NCBI GenBank assembly: GCA_951406725.2
Contig: OX597836.1
Location: 30,256,001-30,320,000, forward strand
Direction of reading: 5' to 3'
Length of the DNA: 64,000 nt
From: Octopus vulgaris
Lineage: Eukaryota
In this document: in pieces, positions 52,450 to 64,000 of the stretch
Layout: the number at the start of each line of letters is the position of its first letter
Position numbering within the stretch: position 1 is the stretch's first letter
The notes under the pieces: model-generated
Databases searched by the model: none
What the model saw: only the letters and a program-made list of their open reading frames with translations
Told to the model about the DNA's origin: nothing
Made by a program: the position numbers and the translations under genes

Positions 52450-53162
52450 CTGGCACTCCATCAGTTATGACGATGGGTGTTCCGATTGATCTGATCAATG
52501 GAACAGTCTGCTTGTGAAATTAACGTGCAAGTGACAGACACTTGTACCTATTTCTTTATTACCCACAAGGCGCTAAACATAGAGGGGACAAACAAGGACA
52601 GACATAGGTATTAAGTCGATTACATCGACCCCAGTGCGTAACTGGTACTTAATTTATCGACCCCGAAAGGATGAAAGGCAGAGTCGACCTCGGTGGAATT
52701 TGAACTCACAACGTAACGACAAATTCAAGTGACAGACACTTGTACCTATTTTTTTTATTACCCACAAGGGGCTAAACATAGAGGGGACAAACAAGGTCAG
52801 ACATAGGTATTAAGTCGATTACATCGACCCCAGTGCGAAACTGGTACTTAATTTATCGACCCCGAAAGGATGAAAGGCAGAGTCGACCTCGGTGGAATTT
52901 GAACTCACAACGTAGCGACAGACAAAATCAAGTGACAGACACTTGTACCCTTAACGTAGTTCTCAGGGAGATTCAGCAATACATAGAACTGACAAGGGTG
53001 GCCCTCTGAATTACCGGTACAACTCATTTTTTCCAGATGAATGGACAGGAGCAATGTGAAATAAAATGTTTTGCTCAAAGATGCAATGAACTGCCAGGAA
53101 TTGAACTCACAACTCCATGACTGAGAACTGAATACCCTAACCACTAAGTCATGTGCCTTCAC
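52450..53162 (-). mobile_element. SINE S3 interrupted by a tandem pair of 5'-truncated S1 SINEs
   Basis: S1 copies at 52549-52725 and 52747-52928, delimited by three copies of CAAGTGACAGACACTTGTACC. Confidence 0.9.
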
Positions 53163-53169
53163 GCTTGCA

Positions 53170-53445
53170 GAACTTTAAATCTTTTAATATGTGATTAGAA
53201 TGTCACAGAAAGGAATCACGAGAAAGATCCTTTGAGCCAATCCGACAAGCAGAAGACTTAGAGGGCAGACCAAAACAGACGGTGGGATAATATCTTCAAT
53301 TACAGTTGGTCATACTTGCGAATCCAGTAGGAAAAGATAATGAAAGCTGCTTCTAATAGGACCCTATGGAGGAACTAGCTGAGGACTCTATCCTCATGAC
53401 TTTCCTTAGAAAAGTTGGCAGAGAAGATGGAAGGATGGGTGAATA
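53170..53445 (+). mobile_element. RTE-clade LINE 3' fragment
   Basis: VIRMSQKGITRKIL..RRLRGQTK and the same 3' UTR as 45240-45660. Confidence 0.65.
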
Positions 53446-53742
53446 TGGAGGGGAGAGGGGAAAGTATTCCCAAATGGATGATGTAATGAAGTCAGACGAG
53501 GAAATAAGGAACTCTAAACTGAAAGGCCATCTCTGAGGCATTTCAGCAAACTCCCTCTCACCACAGCTTAGGGAAGTTTCCAAGTAGTGGTTCAAAGTGC
53601 TAGAAACAGCAAGCAAATCTTTCTCGAATAACAACTCTGTCATCTTAAAATGGAAGGAAACATTGGATGATGTGGTTCTAGAAATCGAAAAAAAAAGATG
53701 GAATAGCAATGGCTGAAATGACTTTGTATACACATGGAAGGT

Positions 53743-53819
<77 letters not shown>

Positions 53820-53964
53820 TTGTGTGTGTGTGTGATTGTGTGTGTGTGTGTGTATGCGTCTGTGTATGTGTGTGAGACCATCCTTATGTTAACGTGAAGA
53901 TGTGTGGTTTAGTGGGTAGTGTATTCTGTTTCTGATTATAAGGCCTTGAGTTTGATTCTCGTTG

Positions 53965-54330
53965 GCACCACCTTTAGTCAAGAAAATTGACCCCAGAGCT
54001 TATTCTTTGTAAGCCTAGTACTTATTCCATCGGTCTCTTTTGCCGAACTGCTAAGTTATGGGGACATAAACACACCAGTATTGGTTGTCAAGCGATGTTG
54101 GGGGTGGGGAAAACACACACACATACACACATATATATATATATATCTACACACACACACATATACGATGGGCTTCTTCCAGTTTCCATCTACCAAACCC
54201 ACTCACAAGGCTTTGGTTGGCCTGAGGCTATAGTAGAAGACACTTGCCCAGGGTGCCACACAGTGGGACTGAACCCAGAACCATGTGGTTGGTAAGCAAG
54301 CTACTTACCACACATCCACTCCTGCGCCTA
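53965..54330 (-). mobile_element. SINE family S2
   Basis: Reverse complement of the consensus, 3' end truncated. Confidence 0.9.
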
Positions 54331-54995
54331 TTATTTGCACATTAATTTTACAAACACGCTACCCCATTGAATGAATCAGCTAGAACACTCATCACCATAA
54401 CCGCTGGAGTGCCAGACTTTTTGTCTCTTGGGATTTTTTTCTTTAGCTTATGTTAATGTATTTGACATGACTATGTCAGAAGTACTGTGACTTAGCAACT
54501 CAATAAAACAGAGACTTATAAAAATGAATGCTAAAGTGAAATATGTACTGGGGGTTGTCTATATATGATTGACTATAAATCATTGAAAATAGTGCCTTAC
54601 TCTGCCCACAGTTAATGAGTGAAAGAAAACAAAAGGAAATTTAAGCTAAACGTATGAATCAGAGGGATCCGCTGCAGGTCTGTCTGCATTGACCACAAGT
54701 AATCCAAAAGATATTTTATTTTTATTTATTTATTTTATTTCATCTAGTTTCAGCTCACAAGCTGTGGCCATGCTGGTGCACCGCCATTTATGTGATGGCA
54801 TTAAAAATAAATAAATAAATAAATAATAAAATAAATAACAAATAACAATAAATAAATATAATGTAAAAGCAATGGCGGTGCAGGAAAATATAAAGAAGAA
54901 TGAGTTGATGGCTATCCTTTCCCTCGCAGCATTTACATTTATATTAGATTTGTATTATATTTATTCATTTTATTACTATTACATTTCCATTTTAT

Positions 54996-55028
<33 letters not shown>

Positions 55029-55262
55029 ACTGATTATCACTGTCAGATAAACTGGACAATGAAGACACTTTCCTCAGTTTAGTAATATTATACAACATAA
55101 CTGCTAAGGTGTTGTGTTTAGTTTTACCTCTTTGCATTCATCATCCTCATCATCGCCGTCATCATTTTAATGACCACTTTTCCATGCTTGCATAGGCTGG
55201 ATGGAATTTATTGAGGTAGGTTTTCAATGACCAGATGATCTTCCTGTTGCCAACCCTTGTCT

Positions 55263-55488
55263 GCTGGCAGAATCGTTAGCACGCCGGGTGAAATACGTAG
55301 TGGTATTTCGTCCGCCGCTGCGTTCTGAGTTCAAATTCCACCGAGGTCGATTTTGCCTTTCATCCTTTCGGGGTCGATAAATTAAGTACCAGTTATGCAC
55401 TGGGGTCGATGTAACCGACTTAATCCCTTTGTCTGTCCTTGTTTGTCCCCTCTATGTTTAGCCCCTTGTGGGCAATAAAAATAAAAAA
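55263..55488 (+). mobile_element. SINE S1 nested in an S4a element, TSD AACCCTT(G/C)TCTG
   Basis: Flanks 55140-55262 and 55489-55590 join into one minus-strand S4a copy. Confidence 0.9.
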
Positions 55489-55939
55489 AACCCTTCTCTG
55501 TTTCCAAACGAAGGAATATTTCCACATAGTCAGACATGTTTATGCAGAATATGGGAAATATTTACAACATTAAGCAATGTCAAGACAAGGAAACAGAGAC
55601 ATACATACACACAAATATATGTACACGTACACACACACACACAATGGGCCCTTTTCAGTTTCCACCTACTAAATCCACTCACAAGGCTTTGATCAGTCCA
55701 GGGCTATAGTAAAAGATAATTGCCCAAAGTGCCAGGCATGGGAACTGAACCTGCATCCATATGGTTTGGATGCATACCTGCACCTTTTCTCATTTAAAAT
55801 TCTATCCTTTATTCTGCCTTTTATTCTTTTGACTTAGATAAAAAAAAAAAAAGTAGCAGTTATAAATTTAGAGAAGGAAATTTTAATCAACTATATCCTA
55901 TTCCAAAATTTAAGGACTCGTGCCTATGTCGGCACTTAA

Positions 55940-56160
55940 CCCTTTCGTTACCAACCCGGCTGAAACCGGCTCTGGCTCTTTAGTACAAATGTCTGGTTTT
56001 CAAAAGTTTTGAATTAAAATCTTCCACCAAACCTTAGTCACAATTTATGTTCCTAAAACTAGCTTAATGATAACAATGTTATTTTACTAAATTCTTTGCT
56101 ATATTTAAAATAATTGGAAGAAACACAGAGCACCTGAAAATAAATACAGAAACGAAAGGG
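55940..56160. mobile_element. piggyBac-type MITE P1
   Basis: TTAA|CCCTTTCGTT...AACGAAAGGG|TTAA; highly similar to 40206-40426. Confidence 0.92.
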
Positions 56161-57010
56161 TTAATATTATGATCTAGTTAGGACCTCTAAATTCTGAGTG
56201 CAAATCCTGTTGAGGCTAATTTCACCTTTCCTCTCTCTGGGGACAATAAAATAAAGTATCACTCATGAACAGTTGACCTTAATTGACTATGCCATTCCCA
56301 AAATTTAATGTTAAATCACCCAATTTCATGGACATCATCTCCTTTACAACACTCAGCTTCCTGGGCTTGCAACTAATTCGCATGTCTATTTCAGTCTTCT
56401 TCTTCTTCCGCAGGTTTCTTCTGCTTGGATAGCTTTCATACTTTCCCACCCAACTACCATTGCTTCATATACATATTTGATGGCAGCCCCATCATAGTCT
56501 TCTGCAGACAATGGCTTGACATGTATTTCTAAGTCAATGCTCTGCATAAACGAGGTTCCAACAGGAAAGAATGTTCACTCAGCGTCCAACACCTAAATGA
56601 CTTCACAGTTGTTACAGTTGAATCCTTTTAGAATGAGCTAACAAAAGATCCTTTATGTGATTGCTTAACATGTTAAAAATAACAGCATAATCTACCACAA
56701 ATCATGCTCTGCTGTCTAGAAAGAGAAAAAGGAGTCAGGGCAAAGAGAACAGAGTAGTCAAAGTTATACAAAAAAAAAACAAACAAGGTAGTCATAGTGA
56801 GAATGACTTTGATTATAGGTCTGCTTAATTCTGATTTTGGCATAAAGCCAGCAGGGAAGGAGCAAGACAATTAATTCAACCCCAGTATTTGACTGATATT
56901 CTATTCCGTCAATCCTAAAAGGATGAAAAGCAAAGCTGACTCTGGTAGCACCTGAACTCAGAACAAAAGGGAGAAAATAACCACAGCTGAAATGGTTTCA
57001 AAAATATACC

Positions 57011-57230
57011 TATTTCTTTATTACCCAGAAAGGACAAACAGGGACAGACATAGGTATTAAGTCGATTACATCGACCCCTGTGAGTAACTACTGGTACTTA
57101 ATTTATCGACCCCGAAAGGATGAAAGGCAAAGTCGACCTCGGCGGAATTTGAACTCAGAACGTAACGGCAGACAAAATACCGCTAAGCATTTTGCCCGAC
57201 ATGCTAACGCTTCTGCCAGCTCACCACCTT
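57011..57230 (-). mobile_element. SINE family S1 with TSD AAAATATACCT
   Basis: Reverse complement of S1; repeat on both flanks. Confidence 0.9.
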
Positions 57231-57973
57231 AAAATATACCTGCTTTATTCTTGCTAATTTTGGCATAAGGCTAGCAATTTGAAGAAGAGGAGCAAGTCGC
57301 TTAATTCAACCCCAGTACTTGACTGGAACTCCACTCCATCGACCTTGAAATGATGAAAAGCAAAGCTGATTCTGGCAATAGCTGAACTCCAAACAAAAGG
57401 ACAAGATAGCCACAGGTAGAATGACTTTGATCACAGGTCTGCTCGATGAAACCTAAAACTGGGACTTATCAACAGCAACGCAAGCCACTCATAGAATATC
57501 CTTTAAGTAGGCCTTCAATAATATTATTCTTGTTCCAGCTATGGTAATACAACTACTCAACATATAACAGACAATAAACCTGATTGAAGCAACAGTAATA
57601 TATTATCATACCCCTAATATATATTTCTGCTAAGCAAGCAATGGAGCCTCTAAGCAACTACAACAGTGCCAGTTAAAACATTATCAGCAGCCGCAACAAG
57701 ATATTTCCATCTAACAAAAGCAATAACAACAACAACAACAACAACACCCAGATATTTCTGTCTAAAAGCCTCTATTATCTACAAGTTGTCTCTTAATTCT
57801 TATATCAATATTACTTTTAATGTTTGTATATCAAACACGTTCAGAATATATCTTAAAGAATGAAAGAATATATCCTCGAGACAAAAGTCTGCAATGAGAA
57901 ACCTCTATGTAGTTCTGAAATCTCTTAGAAATAGCAGCAAAATCTCTCACAGATTACACCTTACCATCATTAA

Positions 57974-58622
57974 CCCTTCAGCACGTAAACCAGCCATATC
58001 CAGCCAAAATATTCTACCTGTGTTTACAGGCTCAAACTGGTCAGATGCAGCTTCTTACACCTGCCCCGCAATGTCATTTTAGAAATAAACAGTCACATCA
58101 TCAAAATCTCAATGTTTCAAGATAATGCATGATATATTCTCTCTTTACTTGTTTCAGTCATTTGACTGCGGCCATGCTGTAGCACCGCCTTTAGTCGAGC
58201 AAATCGACCCCAGGCATTATTCTTTGTAAGCCTACTACTTATTCTTTGTAAGCCTAGTACTTATTCTATCGGTCTCTTTTGCCAAACCGCTAAGTTACGG
58301 GGACGTAAACACACCAGCATCAGTTGTTGAACGATGTTGGGGGGGCAAACACAGACACACAAATATATACACACACACATACATATATATACATATATAC
58401 GATGGGCTTCTTTCAGTTTCCGTCTACCAAATCCACTCACAAGGCTTTGGTCGGCCTGATGCTATAGTAGAAGACACTTGCCCAAGGTGCCACGCAGTGG
58501 GACTGAACCCGGAACCATGTGGTTGGTAAGCAAGCTACTTACCACACAGCCGCTCCTGCATAAATAAATAAGCATTACACTTGACAGTATAATCTGATAG
58601 TATAATCTGAACGTTAAAGAGT
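57974..58622. mobile_element. piggyBac-type MITE (third family) split by SINE S2 (58138-58560, minus)
   Basis: TTAA|CCCTTCAGCACGTAAA ... CTGAACGTTAAAGAG; full-length young S2 inside. Confidence 0.6.
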
Positions 58623-59051
58623 GAAAAGTGATAAATGGTTTGAATAATGTAGTTTTAGACACACCATTGTCTGACAGATCTAAAAATGGATAGTCACACT
58701 TAGTTCCAGCATTGTCTTAGGGCTAAGCAACAACAACAACTAAAACAAACTACCAACATATCATATTAAATTGAGCACTAAAACACTTAAGAGAGGTAAG
58801 TGTTACAACTTTAATTAATCTACATTGTGCCAGTATCAAGGAGATGTTAAACATTGTTGAACAATGCTTTATATCAAGGATCAGCAATTTCTTTTTTTAA
58901 GGGCTCCCTTTGTTTTTTTCTATTTTAAGATTTGTCATTGTCCACATGTATCTTATATCTTCAGTATATTAAAAGACTCCCCTGCCACAGTCCATATCCT
59001 CTGATTTCATCATTGACAATGCTTTTGTAAGCAAAAATTAAACAAATCATA

Positions 59052-59430
59052 TGCACAGGAGTGGCTGTGTGGTAAGTAGCTTGCTTACCAACCACATGGT
59101 TCCGGGTTCAGTCCTACAGTGTGGCACCTTGGGCGTCTTCCACTATAGCCTTGGGCCAACCAAAGCCTTGTGAGTAGATTTGGTAGATGGAAACTGAAAG
59201 AAGCCCGTCATCTATATGTATATATATGTGTGTGTGTGTTCTCCCAACATTTCTCGACAACCGATGCTGGTGTGTTTACGTCCCCCATAACTTAGCAGTT
59301 TGGCAAAAAGAGACTGACAGAATAAGTACCAGGCTTACAAAGAATAAGCCCTGGGGTTGATTTGCTCGACTAGAGGTGGTGCTCCAGCATGGCTGCAGTC
59401 AAATGACTGAAACGAGTAAAAGAGTAAATC
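59052..59430 (+). mobile_element. SINE family S2, full length
   Basis: High identity to 48884-49280. Confidence 0.92.
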
Positions 59431-59483
59431 ATGACATGGAAAACTATGAGAAAGCCATCAACTGCTCAATGGCCACAAGCATG

Positions 59484-59843
59484 TTTTATCTTTTACTTAT
59501 TTCAATCATTGGACTGTGGCCATGCAGGGGTAGAGCCCTTGAAAGGATTTAGTTGAACAAATAGACCCTATTATTTATTTATTTTTCAAAGCTTGCTACA
59601 TACTCTACCAGTCTCTTTTGCTAAGTCACTTAGTTACAGAGATGCAAACAAACCAACACCGGTTGTCAAGCAGTGGTAGAGGAAACATAAACACACTCAC
59701 AATGAACTTTCTTCAGTTTCCATCTGCCAGATCCACGCACAAGGCTTTGGTCAGCCTGGGGCTATAGTAGAAGACAGTGCCACACAGCAGGACTGAACTG
59801 AAGGCCACATGGTTGAGAAGCAAGCTTCTTAACCACACAGCCA
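59484..59843 (-). mobile_element. SINE family S2, older copy
   Basis: Diverged reverse complement. Confidence 0.8.
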
Positions 59844-60150
59844 TCTCTATATATATAAACAGCAAAATATCTGTCTCTGTGTGTGTGTATCCTTTATACA
59901 AATCTACAATTTTTCAGTTAGAGGGCTCCCACTTTCTATGGTCAAACAAAACCATCCAAGGGTGCTCGTGCACATCTTTACATTTCCCCAGTGACCCCGC
60001 AAAGATGCTAAAAAATCAATAGAAGTGACTTTTTTGTGAATTTTCTATCCAAAACCCAATCAAAATGCCTGAAACTTGATACGCCAATTGAATGCCAGCT
60101 AGCTGTATGTGATTGGTCGGAGATTTGGACAGTACTCGCGAGTATATGTG
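59844..60150 (+). mobile_element. Possible non-autonomous Helitron-like 5' fragment
   Basis: TCTATATATATAAA start followed by TCTG/TG microsatellite; no 3' hairpin-CTAG found. Confidence 0.35.
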
Positions 60151-60981
60151 CATGCATGCAGCTGTATATGCATGCACTAGCACTATGACCCTGGGGGTCG
60201 ATTTGATTGACTAAAGGCGATGCTCTAGCATGGCCACAGTCAAATGACTGAAACAAGTAAAAGAGTATATCTTTAGCTATCTCATTCTCTCTCTTTTCCC
60301 CTTTGTATGAAGTGTTTTTGAAATGTATGTTAGCATAAACAATAAAGGTGTGATCACTATGCAAATGAAAAACAACCTAAGTTTGTATGTGTGCATGTGT
60401 GTGTGTGTGCCTGCCTGCCTGCCTGCATGTGCATGAAGGCTAAATGTGATTCAAAGTGTAACTGAAAATGCAGTCATGCAAACATGTTTGTAAATATCAC
60501 AAGATAATTGCTGCAATTATAAAATCCATTGAAATTCATGGAATTTCTACAGGTCTTAATTAATAACAATTATAAATAGTATAATTGTAATTATACTATT
60601 TATATGTAATTAGTACATATTGTATATATTGTTCTTATGGTTAATATTAAATACTTAGTTCATAAGATATATATATATATATGTATTGAACCACCCAGGC
60701 TTGCATGGAGGGTGAACGTTCAACAATGATGATGATGATTGAAATGAATAAATTGAATGTTGCTATCTGTCCTTGTAACTGAACTGGATGTTTCTCTGGA
60801 TATATAGGATAAATGATTCATTGGCTATTAAATATATGAAATTGTAAATATCAGAAAAATAAGGTTTTAATTATTATATGTAACTATATTATTTCAAGTA
60901 TAGGCACATGTACTTAAGAGATTGCATGTATTATAAACTTATACAACTATAAGTTTATAATATATAATAGATTGTGCGGAT

Positions 60982-61188
60982 TACTCTTTTACTTGTTTCA
61001 GTCATTTGACTGTGGCCATGCTGGAGCACAGCCTTTAGTCGAGCAGATCGATCCCAGGACTTATTCTTTGTAAGCCTAGTACTTATTCTATCAGTCTCTT
61101 TTGCCGAACCGCTAAGTTACGGGTACATAAACACACCAGCATTGGTTGTCAAGTGATGTTGGGAGGACAAACACAGACACAAACATAT

Positions 61189-61235
<47 letters not shown>

Positions 61236-61402
61236 TACAACAGGCTTCTTTCAGTTTCCGTCTACCAATTCCACTCACAAGGCTTTTGATGGCCCAAGGT
61301 TATAGTAGAAGACACTTGCCCAAGGTGCCACGCAGTGGGACTGAACCCAGAACCATGTGGTTGGTAAGCAAGCTACTTACCACACAGCCACTCCTACACC
61401 TA
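60982..61402 (-). mobile_element. SINE family S2, full length
   Basis: Reverse complement of the consensus. Confidence 0.92.
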
Positions 61403-62929
61403 TAATTGTTAATTATTGTGTATAATTATATTTGTAGTAGTGTCTAAATGGTGTATACTAAAGTTCATATTATTCTTCTCCTTACAACATTGAAGAAAAG
61501 ATTAGTATGAATTTGCAAGAAGAGTATGGACTTTGTCGTACACCATGACAACTCCAGAGACATTTTAGAGACATCCACAATGAAGGTTCACTAAGCTCCA
61601 TAGCAACAATAAGAACAACATGTCAGAAAATAATCAGCATGCTTAATATCTGAAAAGTTGAATATATTATGAAGGAAAAGTATTACTATCTCATAAGCAA
61701 AAGTAAAGGTGTGTGGTTAGAAAATTTGTTTTTGCGATAACAACATAGTTTTGGGTTCAATGCCATTGTGCAGCACCTTTGGGCAAGGGTCTTCTATAAC
61801 CTGTAGTTGATCAAGGCCTTGTGAATAAAATACGTGTGTGTGAAGGAGTGTTACCATATGTCTTTGCATTAACACTGCTTAGATAACAGTGATGCTTGTT
61901 TACTATCAACTCCTGCCTAAACAATATATCCCATAGCTCATTAGTTTGACATGCAAAATCCAGTGGAATAAAAAGAACCTAAAAAAGAAAAGCAAAGGTT
62001 GGCAACAAGTAGGGCATCCAGCCATAGAATACAACCTCAAGAAACCTTCCAACCCATGCCAGCATGGAAAAATCAGAAGTAAAAAGGATGATCATAATCA
62101 TAATCATCATCTTACTTTATATTTTACCTGACTGAGAAATTATTTCAGAATATCGTTAAAATAAAAAGAACATTCTTATAAAGAAAAAAAATTATTTATC
62201 TATTTCAAAATATGGTTTCTCTTAATTAAAATACACATCTAGAATTTATAATTTAACATATTCATCACTATTTTAAAATCCCAACAATTTTTCCTCTTTC
62301 TTTCTTTCTTTTTCTGTGTTAATTTTACCAACTCATATCTTGTTGAAATACAAACATTTTTACATCTTAGTGCCACAATCAATTCCCAGCACACCGAGCT
62401 CCATCTATCCTTAATAAAAATGATCAGTGATTCATAAGAATAACTGAAATGAATATATTATGAAATTAAAAGAGATTTCTCAGTAGTCCGTGCAGAAAAC
62501 ATGGATAGAATATAAATTATCTTTTTATTGTAATAGCAATTCTGTATTTAAAGTTAACCATCATCTTCTCAGTAAATTTTACAGTGCTAGGATAAAGATG
62601 ATTACTGCAGCTCAAGAAACAACCAGTTAACAAGATTTTTGTTCTCTAAGTGCTAAGAAATAAATTATCTGAGTGAAAAATAAAAGTATTACAAAAATGC
62701 ATTGCATTTTTTAATTTGGGATTTGTAAAACATTGAATGAGAAATTTACATCTATAATGAAGCACTTTAGAAAAATCTTCGCTCTATTTCCTTGTAATAC
62801 AATATTGATTTATTCATGAAGAAAGAAAAGTTTTCTTAAATCTTCATATAAAAAAAAAATTGTGACAGACAATACATGTCTCATAAACCATAAAATATGA
62901 CAATTATGAATTACAGAAGAAGGAAATTT

Positions 62930-63288
62930 AAAGTGCACCATCCGAACGTGGTCGATGCCAGCGCCGCCTTGACTGGCTTCTGTGCCGGTGGCATGTAAAA
63001 AGCACCATCTGAACGTGGCCGATGCCAGCGCCATCTTGTCTGGCTTCCGTGCCGGTGGCACGTAAAAAGCACCAACCGATCGTGGCCGCTGCCAGAATCC
63101 CCTGGCATGTAAAAAGCACCCACTACACTCACAGAGTGGTCGGCGTTAGGAAGGGCATCTGGTTGTAGAAACACTGCCAGATTAGACCGGAGCCTGGTGC
63201 AGCCTCCTGGCTTCCCAGATCCCCGGTCGAACCGTCCAACCCGTGCTAGCACGGAAAACGGAATTTAAACGATGCTGATGATGATGAA
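62930..63288 (+). mobile_element. Family S4b RTE-tail element with ~64-bp tandem subrepeats
   Basis: GGCA(T/C)GTAAAAAGCACC three times; (ATG)n tail; followed by an S2 3' part at 63290-63608. Confidence 0.88.
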
Positions 63289-63384
63289 TTGTGTAGCACC
63301 TTGGGTAAGTGTCTTCTATCATAGCCGCAGGCCAACCAAAGCCTTGTGAGTAGATTTGGCAGATGGGAACTGAATGAAGCATGT

Positions 63385-63418
<34 letters not shown>

Positions 63419-64000
63419 TGTGCATACGTGTCCCACTACTGCTTGACAAGCAGTGTTGGTTTGTTTATGTTCTCTTAATTTAGTGGCTCAGCAAAAGAAC
63501 CAGGTTTTAAAAATAAGAACTGGGGTCAATTCATTCGACTAAAACCCTTTGAGGTGATGCTGTAGTATGGCCAGCATCCAATAACTGAAACAAGTAAAAG
63601 ATAAAAGATGTTTCCCCCCCCCCCCCACTTTTCATTTTAACCATTTTTATTCTCAAAAAATACTTTATATTATTCTTTTGCAGTGTCAGTCACTGGATTA
63701 CAGCCATGTTAAGGCTCTGCATTCAATGTGTGTGTGTGTGTTTATATGAGTGTGGGGGTTAGAACTGGTACATTAAATCAGAAATATCCTGCAATACTAC
63801 TATTGTCCTGAATTATCTACCCTTGTGTTAATTCTAAATTGCATTTTGTAACTTAAAGGAACAAATAAAGATCCAGTGAAAGAGCTGAGGCCAATATAAG
63901 TGACTAGAACATTTCAAAATGTTGCCACAGTATGGTAACAATCTAACGACTGATCATAATAAAATAACTATTTTTTTTTAATGTATTTCTAAGTACTACA

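Noticed and set aside
56310-56620. Coding-like composition with a ~53-aa minus-strand frame (MQSIDLEIHVKPLSAEDY...)
   Set aside because: No recognisable motif or convincing splice boundaries; probably an old repeat
62930-63125. Regularly spaced GTAAAAAGCACC repeats, CRISPR-like at a glance
   Set aside because: Spacers are homologous to each other, the unit is part of a dispersed retroposon, the context is eukaryotic and there are no cas genes

Overview
AT-rich, microsatellite-dense eukaryotic non-coding DNA. The SINE/LINE repertoire looks like a coleoid cephalopod (Octopus-like); this is inferred from repeat families and not checked against a database. No intact host protein-coding gene can be supported. 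Nearly all listed ORFs are microsatellite artefacts or decayed transposon frames. Recognisable content: two full-length dead mariners (6898-8167, 28990-30273), Tc1, DD37D-type and hAT fossils, piggyBac-type TTAA MITEs, pogo/Tc2-like MITEs, at least four SINE or LINE-tail families, RTE and HERO-like LINE fragments, a probable Gypsy LTR, and a 5'-truncated Penelope-like element (PLE, 9794-11238) with an inverted pseudo-LTR. Several short PLE-end relics carry hammerhead-ribozyme-like motifs. The most striking observation is a 59-bp-arm hairpin (10718-10853) in the PLE 3' UTR. Its arms differ at 22 positions: 21 are G.T pairs on the + (PLE sense) strand and none are A.C. Reverting G to A restores a hammerhead core. 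This is what an ADAR A-to-I hyper-edited RNA would look like after being reverse-transcribed back into the genome.
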